Below are positions 56,990-63,172 of a DNA stretch of 63,172 nucleotides, in pieces. The first letter of the stretch is position 1; each line of letters opens with the position of its first letter. Under the pieces are notes generated by a model. That model was not told where the DNA came from. It worked only from the letters and a program-made list of their open reading frames with translations, and did not search any database. Where the stretch lies: contig CAZZCH010000006.1 of NCBI GenBank assembly GCA_964652895.1, forward strand, positions 1 to 63,172. The letters run 5' to 3'. This DNA comes from an uncultured Eubacteriales bacterium. Lineage in GTDB: Bacteria; Acidobacteriota; Aminicenantia; Aminicenantales; Saccharicenantaceae. A program made the translations under genes and the position numbers.

Positions 56990-59900
56990 CTAGCGCAGGA
57001 TCAACAACCAGCCTTTTCCGGGCTCGACGCGGATCGGGTCTCCCGGCTTGAACTCCGCCGCCTCTTGGAATCTTTCGATGGCCGGGGCGCGGAAGGCGGC
57101 CTTCGTCGGGTCGAGGCCGAGCTTTTTCCAGTCGATCGCGAGGCGGACGTCGACGGGTTCTTTTGCCCATGAGGCCAGTGCGATGAGAACGGAATCGTCC
57201 CGCTTGACGTAGGCCGTCGCCAGGACTTCGGGATTCCGCGTTTTCACCGGATTCGCCTCAACCCACCAACCGACCATCTCGCTCTCCGCTATCCCGAATT
57301 CGTCCCAGACCTTCCACAGAGGACGCGGGTCGCCGGCCCAGGGCAGGCGGCTGGTCATGCCGAAGACCATCCCGCGCCAGGGATTACCGCCGTCCTGGAG
57401 CATCTCGCCCATGAGCCCGAAGGGGATGCCGGACATCTCGACCAGCCAATAGTCGGGGCCGCTGCCGTTGTAATCGAAGTACTCCCCGAACCAGAGGCGA
57501 TTGAGGAAGGGGAAATGCTCGAGGTAGAGGTTGGCGCTCGAGGCGAAACCGTCGCGCACGTTGTACTGGTTGGCGCTGTGGAGGTCGATGAGCGCGCCGG
57601 GCCGGCGGAGGTCGAGGACCTTGCGCACTCGCTTCATCGTCGTCCGGTCGAAGGCGACGTCGTCGAGGTAGAGCCCGTCGATGCCGACGTTGCGGGCGAC
57701 CCAGTCGAGCCCCTCAATATAGTAGTTGTGCCAGCGCGACATGCCGCTGTTGATGATCGCGGCGTCCTTGAGTTCGGGGACGAACCAGGCGGCGATGTAG
57801 TCGCTCCCCAGATGCTCCTGGAGCCAGGAATAGCCGCCGCCGGGGCCCGGCGAGAAGATCTCGTGGCCGAGACTGCGCAGGGCGAAGAGCTCGGGAGCGC
57901 GGTTGGAGAGCTCGCGGATGGTGTCGTAGATCTTGACCTTGAAGCCGCGGCCGTGGGCGTCGTTGATGTAGGCCTTCATCTCGCGGGGCCGCAAGAAGGG
58001 ATAGTTGATGTAGGGATTGATGTCGTTGGCATGATGCACGTTGATGACGTTGGCGCCCGTCGCAGCGACCTCGTTGAGCGGCTTGAAGGCGTGGAAGTAG
58101 CGCTCGCGGAAATGGGTGGCCGGGTCGAGGGGCTTGAACGGTGTCAGGAGGAGGGTGAAATCGAAATGGAGCGTCTCGCCGGCCCGGATCGTCCGCGGAC
58201 CGGAGCGGGCGGCCATAATGACGGGCCGGGGCGCGGAGGCCTTGGCCGCCCCCTTGGCTCCTTCCGCGCCTCCCCTCCGGACCTCCACTTTTCCCTTGCC
58301 TTCGTTCCACCAAGACGGCGGCAGATTGAGGGGCTTGGACAGGTAGAAATTGGTGTTGAGCGGCCGGGAGTAGTTCTCGGCGCGGAGGGACACCTGCATC
58401 CCGGCGTTGACAGAGCCCAGCCAGAGGGCGTCCTGGTTCTTCTTCTGGTCCCATGCCCAGTCGAAGGACTCGGGCCGGAGCCCGCCTTTGAAGCCGAGGC
58501 CCATCATGTAACGGGCGCGTTCCTCCTCAAAGGGGACTTCGAGACGGATGTCGGAGAGCGGCGTGTCGCGAAGGGCGGTGATCGCGACCTTGTAGTCGAC
58601 GAAGCCGTCGAATTCCAGGCGGGCGACGAGCTTCATGACCAGGTCGCCGGCGCGGTTTTCTGTCTCCCAGACGACGGCGCCCGGGCCCTTTTGGACGGGG
58701 CGGGGACCGGGAACGCTCGCGCCCGGGGCCCAGGGGAGCTCACGTCCTTGGGGGTCGGTGACGATGAGCCTCATGGGCGCGGCGGTCAGCGGCACGGGCT
58801 TTGCCTGCAAACGCGTCATTTCGGGCGCGAAAAAGCTCCGGATGCGGGCCGGGAACCCGTCTCGCCCGATAGTCAGCGAACGGCCGAGACAGCCGATGGT
58901 AAGCCCGTCGACCTCGAGCGCCGTGTACGGCGGGACGATGCCGTCGTCCTGGGCCAGGGTCGAGTCGAGCCAGCGGAGGCGGGTCATGCGGAAGGGGTCG
59001 CCGTCCCCGGCGTCTTCGAAGACGTTGTCGGTTACGCGGAGCTCGATACCCAGGATCGTCTCCGGCATGCCCTTGGGCGCGACCGTCACCGTGCCGCTGA
59101 AAACGCCCGGCCGGGCGTCGCGAGGCACCTGGACGCCGCACCAGAGGGCCTGGATCTTTCCGCGTTCGACGGGGATCTCCTTCCGGAACGATGTGGCATC
59201 CCAGTTGACACCGCCCTTGTTGAAGCAGGTCATGGCCGACGCGGCGATGAGCGTCCGCGGGGCGGGAGAGCCATCCTCGATCCGGGGTACGGGTTGGACG
59301 AGGTCCGTGAACCGTACCTCGAGGTCGGCGATCGGCGCCCGGGCCGCCCAAACGCCGATCTGGAACGTGAAATACTCGCCGCGCGCCGCCTCGCCCCGGA
59401 TCGCTCCGCTCGGCCCGCCGACGGCCCAACGGGCAGGCAGGTCGTCCGTCATGCGGATCGAGCGCGAGCGGTCTTCAGGGAAGAGGAGATACGCGGCGCG
59501 GGGGTGGGCCTCGAGGAGCGTCTTCGTTTCCGCGGCTGTGGCGATCAACTCCATCGGTGTGAACGCGTTGAATTCGTCGACGGATTGAAGCGAGAGGACC
59601 TTGGCCCGTGGGAATGCGTCGGGGCCGAGTTCCGCGAGTTTTTCGGGCGTGAGGCCGATCGCGGCGAGCCAGGCCGGGTCGGTCGTCAGGGCGGGCGGGT
59701 CATATCTCACGTTCGGATAATTCTTCCGTCCTTCGGACTTGTAGGGCATATAATAGACGAAATAATCTCCCGGGACCGTCCGCGGCTCGAAGACGATGTC
59801 GCCGTGTTCCCGGTCGACCGCGAGCGGGAGAACGTTCGGGATCCAATCGCCCGAAGCGGCATCCACGACGATGAGGTTCTTCTGGTCGGGATCGAGGTCT

Positions 59901-60199
59901 CGTCGCCGCCAGGGGATGATAACGCGTACGGCCGTGGGCTTCGTGATCACCGGGGCCGCGACGGCTTTTTTCGCGCCCTTCTTAGGCGAAAGGGCTTTCG
60001 GCGTGGTAGACGCTTCGACGCGGACGACGGCCCGGTGGTTGCCCAACCCGGATTCTGGATCCCATGACCCGGCGCCGGATTTCACGTCCTGGGCGGAGCC
60101 GCCGGTCATCACGAGGCCGGCCGTGGCCAGCAGGAAAAGGCCGAGCACGATCTCGCCGGGCCTGAGCCTCGACGCCGTTATGGGGTGGTTTCGCTTCAT
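56990..60199 (-). CDS. Large secreted protein, unknown function; the C-terminal third resembles glycoside-hydrolase-like TIM barrels (weak inference)
   Basis: Trimmed to ATG 60197-60199 after AGGAGAG, 1069 aa. N-terminal signal/anchor. The C-terminal region has VINVHHAND...GFKVKIYDT...IDGLYLDDVAFD...HSANQ..., a pattern reminiscent of GHL/DUF4091-type domains. Confidence 0.8.
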   Translation of the reverse strand: MKRNHPITASRLRPGEIVLGLFLLATAGLVMTGGSAQDVKSGAGSWDPESGLGNHRAVVRVEASTTPKALSPKKGAKKAVAAPVITKPTAVRVIIPWRRRDLDPDQKNLIVVDAASGDWIPNVLPLAVDREHGDIVFEPRTVPGDYFVYYMPYKSEGRKNYPNVRYDPPALTTDPAWLAAIGLTPEKLAELGPDAFPRAKVLSLQSVDEFNAFTPMELIATAAETKTLLEAHPRAAYLLFPEDRSRSIRMTDDLPARWAVGGPSGAIRGEAARGEYFTFQIGVWAARAPIADLEVRFTDLVQPVPRIEDGSPAPRTLIAASAMTCFNKGGVNWDATSFRKEIPVERGKIQALWCGVQVPRDARPGVFSGTVTVAPKGMPETILGIELRVTDNVFEDAGDGDPFRMTRLRWLDSTLAQDDGIVPPYTALEVDGLTIGCLGRSLTIGRDGFPARIRSFFAPEMTRLQAKPVPLTAAPMRLIVTDPQGRELPWAPGASVPGPRPVQKGPGAVVWETENRAGDLVMKLVARLEFDGFVDYKVAITALRDTPLSDIRLEVPFEEERARYMMGLGFKGGLRPESFDWAWDQKKNQDALWLGSVNAGMQVSLRAENYSRPLNTNFYLSKPLNLPPSWWNEGKGKVEVRRGGAEGAKGAAKASAPRPVIMAARSGPRTIRAGETLHFDFTLLLTPFKPLDPATHFRERYFHAFKPLNEVAATGANVINVHHANDINPYINYPFLRPREMKAYINDAHGRGFKVKIYDTIRELSNRAPELFALRSLGHEIFSPGPGGGYSWLQEHLGSDYIAAWFVPELKDAAIINSGMSRWHNYYIEGLDWVARNVGIDGLYLDDVAFDRTTMKRVRKVLDLRRPGALIDLHSANQYNVRDGFASSANLYLEHFPFLNRLWFGEYFDYNGSGPDYWLVEMSGIPFGLMGEMLQDGGNPWRGMVFGMTSRLPWAGDPRPLWKVWDEFGIAESEMVGWWVEANPVKTRNPEVLATAYVKRDDSVLIALASWAKEPVDVRLAIDWKKLGLDPTKAAFRAPAIERFQEAAEFKPGDPIRVEPGKGWLLILR

Positions 60200-60243
60200 G
60201 AGCCTCTCCTTGACGGGCGGCACTTTCTAATTTTATTAAAAAA

Positions 60244-60262
60244 GGGGACACAATACCAATTT
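60244..60262. repeat. Solo half-copy (19 nt, GGGGACACAATACCAATTT) of the 32185-32238 palindrome arm
   Basis: Exact 19-nt match to 32185-32203 with no complementary arm nearby. It abuts the -35 of the downstream promoter. Confidence 0.85.
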
Positions 60263-60290
60263 TGACTAGCCGAGAGGCGTGCGTTACAAT
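60262..60290 (+). promoter_or_regulatory. Promoter of the YidE/YbjL-like gene (-35 TTGACT, 17 nt, -10 TACAAT), apparently leaderless
   Basis: Hexamers at 60262-60267 and 60285-60290. ATG 60299 is only 8 nt after the -10 and no SD is present. Confidence 0.5.
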
Positions 60291-60298
60291 GCCGCTTG

Positions 60299-61969
60299 AT
60301 GCGCTGGCTATTCGACCTTTTCCTCCAGGACGCCGTCGGTCATGCTCTCTTCGTTCTCTGCGCGGTCACCGTCCTGGGAATGGTCCTCGGGATGATCCGT
60401 GTCCTGTCGTTCAGGATCGGCGTCGCCGGGATCCTTTTCGTCGGCCTGGTTTTCGGGCATTTCGGCATTTCCATCGACCCCATGATGTGGGGGTTCGCCC
60501 GCGACCTGGGGCTGATCCTTTTCGTCTACAGCTTCGGGCAGGAGGTCGGGCCCGGGCTTCTTGCCTCCATGCGCAAGCAGGGCCTCCGCTTGAATCTCCT
60601 GGCCGGGGGAGTCGTTCTGGGCGGAGGCGCCATCGCGCTTATCCTTCATCGGTTCGCCGGCATTCCCCTGGCCGCGGCGGCCGGGCTGTTTTCGGGAGCG
60701 ACGACGAATACGCCCAGTCTGGCCGCCGTTCAACAGTCCCTGAAGTTCGTTCCGGGATATACCGACGCCGTCGCGCAGCTCCCGTCCGTGGCCTACGCGA
60801 TGGCCTATCCCTTCGGTGTCATCGGAGTGATTTTGGTGATGGGGGCGATACGCCTCGCCCTCCGGGTCGATCCCCGGTGCGTGGCCGCCGAGCTCGATGC
60901 CTTGAAGGAAAAAGATGCGTCACGGCTCTCCGGCATCAACTTGGAGGTCCGCAACCCGGACCTGGACGGGCTTCCGGTCAGCCAGATCGTCAGCATGGCC
61001 GGTGGGGGGGTGGTCATCTCCCGGCTCGCCCGCGGTCTGCGGGCCCAGGAGGTCCCCCGGGCCAAGACCAAGATCCGAATCGGGGACCGGCTTCATGCGG
61101 TCGGGACGCCCGAGATGCTCGCCAAGCTGAAATCCGTCATCGGCGTGGAAATCTCCGTCAATCTCACCGAGGCGCCATCCGAGTTCACCAGCCGAAGGAT
61201 CATCGTGACCCGGCCGGGGATCCGGGGGAAATCCGTCCAGGAGCTCAACCTGCGTGAGACCTACGGCCTGATCGTGACCCGTATCATCCGCACAGGCATG
61301 GAGTTTTCGCCGCGGGCGGGGTTCCGCTTGCAGTTCGGCGATGAACTCCGGGTCGTGGGAAAGCCGGAGGCCATGGACACGTTCGCGGGGGACGCGGGGG
61401 AAACTGGGGAACGGCTGTCCCAGGCCGCCGTTGTGCCGATGTTCATAGGAATCGCCCTCGGGGTCCTGCTCGGGAGCCTTCCTTTGAAGCTCCCCGGCTC
61501 TTCCGTCACCTTCCGGATCGGACTGGCCGGAGGCCCGCTCATCGTGGCCGTCCTCCTGAGCCGCATCGGCTCGATCGGCCCCCTCGTCTGGCACGTCCCG
61601 CCGAGCGCCAACCAGATGCTCCGAACGATCGGCATTTCGCTCTTCCTGGCGGCGGTGGGGCTCGGGGCCGGGGCCGGGTTCGTCGAGACATTCCTCCGGG
61701 TGGGCGTCACCTGGTTCATCGGCGGCGCGCTGATCACGCTCGTTCCGATCCTCCTCGCGACACTTGTCGCCCGGCTTTTTTTCAAGCTCAACTACCTGTC
61801 CCTTTGCGGCTTGATAGCCGGAAGCATGACCAACCCGCCGGCCCTCGCTTACGCCAATTCCCTGGCGCCCGGGTCCGACGAGGTCTCGATGGCATTTGTG
61901 ACCGTATACCCGTTGACGATGCTTCTGAGGCTGTTTGTCGTCCAGGCTATGGTTCTTTTATTCATCTGA
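60299..61969 (+). CDS. YidE/YbjL/AspT-family putative transporter with two central RCK_C (TrkA-C) domains
   Basis: 556 aa. An N-terminal 5-6 TM repeat, two soluble TrkA-C-like domains (...LEVRNPDLDGLPVSQI...GDRLHAVG / ...GKSVQELNLRETYGLIVTRIIR...GDELRVVG), and a C-terminal TM repeat. Confidence 0.88.
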   Translation: MRWLFDLFLQDAVGHALFVLCAVTVLGMVLGMIRVLSFRIGVAGILFVGLVFGHFGISIDPMMWGFARDLGLILFVYSFGQEVGPGLLASMRKQGLRLNLLAGGVVLGGGAIALILHRFAGIPLAAAAGLFSGATTNTPSLAAVQQSLKFVPGYTDAVAQLPSVAYAMAYPFGVIGVILVMGAIRLALRVDPRCVAAELDALKEKDASRLSGINLEVRNPDLDGLPVSQIVSMAGGGVVISRLARGLRAQEVPRAKTKIRIGDRLHAVGTPEMLAKLKSVIGVEISVNLTEAPSEFTSRRIIVTRPGIRGKSVQELNLRETYGLIVTRIIRTGMEFSPRAGFRLQFGDELRVVGKPEAMDTFAGDAGETGERLSQAAVVPMFIGIALGVLLGSLPLKLPGSSVTFRIGLAGGPLIVAVLLSRIGSIGPLVWHVPPSANQMLRTIGISLFLAAVGLGAGAGFVETFLRVGVTWFIGGALITLVPILLATLVARLFFKLNYLSLCGLIAGSMTNPPALAYANSLAPGSDEVSMAFVTVYPLTMLLRLFVVQAMVLLFI

Positions 61970-62014
61970 CCCCTGCCGGAATAAAAAAAATATGGGAAAT
62001 TAAATAAAAATAGC

Positions 62015-62043
62015 TTGACAAACATACTACTATGTATTACATT
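62015..62043 (+). promoter_or_regulatory. Candidate PadR promoter (-35 TTGACA, 17 nt, -10 TACATT)
   Basis: Hexamers at 62015-62020 and 62038-62043 in an AT-rich patch. Confidence 0.4.
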
Positions 62044-62058
62044 GTATCTGGTTATAAC

Positions 62059-62448
62059 ATGGAAAACAAAATAACCCAGTTGAGAAAAGGGATTTTGGAG
62101 CTGGCCATCCTGGCCTGCCTCTCGAGGGGACGACACTACGGATATTCCCTCGTCAAGACCATTTCCGGCGACGAGGAAATCGACCTTACGGAAGGGACGA
62201 TCTACCCCATCCTCGGCCGCTTGGCCAAGGAAGGGCTCGTCCAATCCGAGTGGGTCGAATCGAGCCAGGGACCTCCCCGAAAATACTACACATTGACGCT
62301 CAAGGGGGAGGAGGCGTTCCGAGTGCTCGAAGGGGAATTCAGGAAGCTCTCCGCGATCGTCGTCAACGTCCAGCGCGGGCCGATCCCGGAAAACACGGAC
62401 GAAGACCACCCAGTCCTTTCCGTGAAGAAGGAGACGAACAATGGCTAA
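62059..62448 (+). CDS. PadR-family transcriptional regulator
   Basis: Trimmed to ATG 62059, 129 aa. LRKGILELAILACLSRGRHYGYSLVKTI...EGTIYPILGRLAKEGLV...RKYYTLTLKG. Confidence 0.92.
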   Translation: MENKITQLRKGILELAILACLSRGRHYGYSLVKTISGDEEIDLTEGTIYPILGRLAKEGLVQSEWVESSQGPPRKYYTLTLKGEEAFRVLEGEFRKLSAIVVNVQRGPIPENTDEDHPVLSVKKETNNG

Positions 62449-63118
62449 CGGTTTCAGCGGGCCTGTCGCCCAGATCGTCGATAATTATCTGGTGCGATTG
62501 AGAAAGGGCATCAAGGGGTTCCCGGCCAAAGACCAGGAAGAACTCGTCAAGGAGATCCACTCGCACATCTACGAGTCGTTCCGCAACGACCCGACCGAGG
62601 ACGAAGTCACCCGGATCCTCAAGGTCCTCGACAAACTCGGCGAACCGGCCGCCGTCGTTTCGTCCCGCCTGCCCGAGGCCATGGTCACGATGGGGAAGAA
62701 GAAGAAGCTCCCCTTCTACATCCTGGCCGGGGTCCTCATTGCGTTCTTCGGTGTCCCCCTCGGCTTGGGGGGCCTGAGCGCGGCCGTCGGCCTCATCATC
62801 GGAGTCCTGGCCCTCGTCCTGGCCTTCTACATCGTGGCCTTCAGCCTGATCCTGACCGGCTGGCTGAGCGCCGTCATCCTGATCATCCGCGTCTTCAGCC
62901 CGGGATTCCTCGACCCCTGGATGGATATCTACCCCCTGGTCTCCGATCCCACCCTGAACACGGTCATCTATATCTTCGGAGCGCTCCTGATCGCGGTGCT
63001 GGGTTTGGGCCTGCTCTGGTTGGGCACGAGGATGATGCGGGGCATCCGTTTCGTCTTCCGCTTTTTGTTCGAAAAGATCCGGAATTGGCGGAAGCGGGCA
63101 CCCGCGCCAATACAATAA
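62441..63118 (+). CDS. DUF1700/HAAS-type membrane protein (PadR-associated putative sensor)
   Basis: 225 aa. 8-nt overlap with padR. The N-terminal helical domain (VDNYLVRLRKGIKGFPAKDQEELVKEIHSHIYE...ILKVLDKLGEP) is followed by 3-4 TMs. Confidence 0.85.
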   Translation: MANGFSGPVAQIVDNYLVRLRKGIKGFPAKDQEELVKEIHSHIYESFRNDPTEDEVTRILKVLDKLGEPAAVVSSRLPEAMVTMGKKKKLPFYILAGVLIAFFGVPLGLGGLSAAVGLIIGVLALVLAFYIVAFSLILTGWLSAVILIIRVFSPGFLDPWMDIYPLVSDPTLNTVIYIFGALLIAVLGLGLLWLGTRMMRGIRFVFRFLFEKIRNWRKRAPAPIQ

Positions 63119-63120
63119 AG

Positions 63121-63145
63121 GTAATTACTCAATAAGTTGTGGCAT
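63121..63145. repeat. Right copy of 25-bp perfect inverted repeat (GTAATTACTCAATAAGTTGTGGCAT)
   Basis: Exact reverse complement of 31-55. It starts 2 nt after the stop of the last CDS. Confidence 0.9.
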
Positions 63146-63172
63146 CGGCCGGTGCGGAGAGAGTCTTATTTC

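Overview
This is a GC-rich 63.2-kb bacterial chromosomal fragment. The gene content is diderm-type (RND pump, lipoproteins, TolB-like proteins), but the taxon cannot be assigned from sequence alone. I support about 47 protein-coding genes and saw no rRNA, tRNA or CRISPR array. The left third (52-23707) is an island of paralogous secreted 'CpoB/YbgF-like TPR + PD40/TolB-like beta-propeller' genes: 3 intact stand-alone copies, 1 fused to a BlaR1-type M56 protease, 1 truncated at the window edge, and 1 C-terminal remnant. Each copy sits next to a different signalling device: three histidine-kinase/OmpR-type regulator pairs, one ECF sigma/anti-sigma pair, and one BlaI/BlaR1 pair. Two type II TA cassettes (RHH-PIN, RHH-MazF) lie at breakpoints of this island. 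The rest of the window holds a rhaT / CocE-NonD hydrolase / MFS / non-Pyl MttB-like cluster, a periplasmic cyclophilin, potABCD, an MdtABC-like tandem RND pump, an APC permease, a TatT-type TRAP transporter, DUF2461, an NHL-like propeller, a 1069-aa secreted protein, a YidE/YbjL transporter and a PadR/DUF1700 pair. It also holds an atypical secA preceded by a candidate SecM-like leader ORF, whose stop codon abuts an anti-SD that pairs with the secA SD, and a penicillin-acylase gene split by an in-frame TAG. Non-coding signals are 25-bp perfect inverted repeats just inside both window ends, two families of long perfect palindromes in intergenic regions, and several TTGACA-N17-TATAAT-like promoters, two of them apparently leaderless. 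All functional calls come from motif and family recognition by eye; no database search was run.
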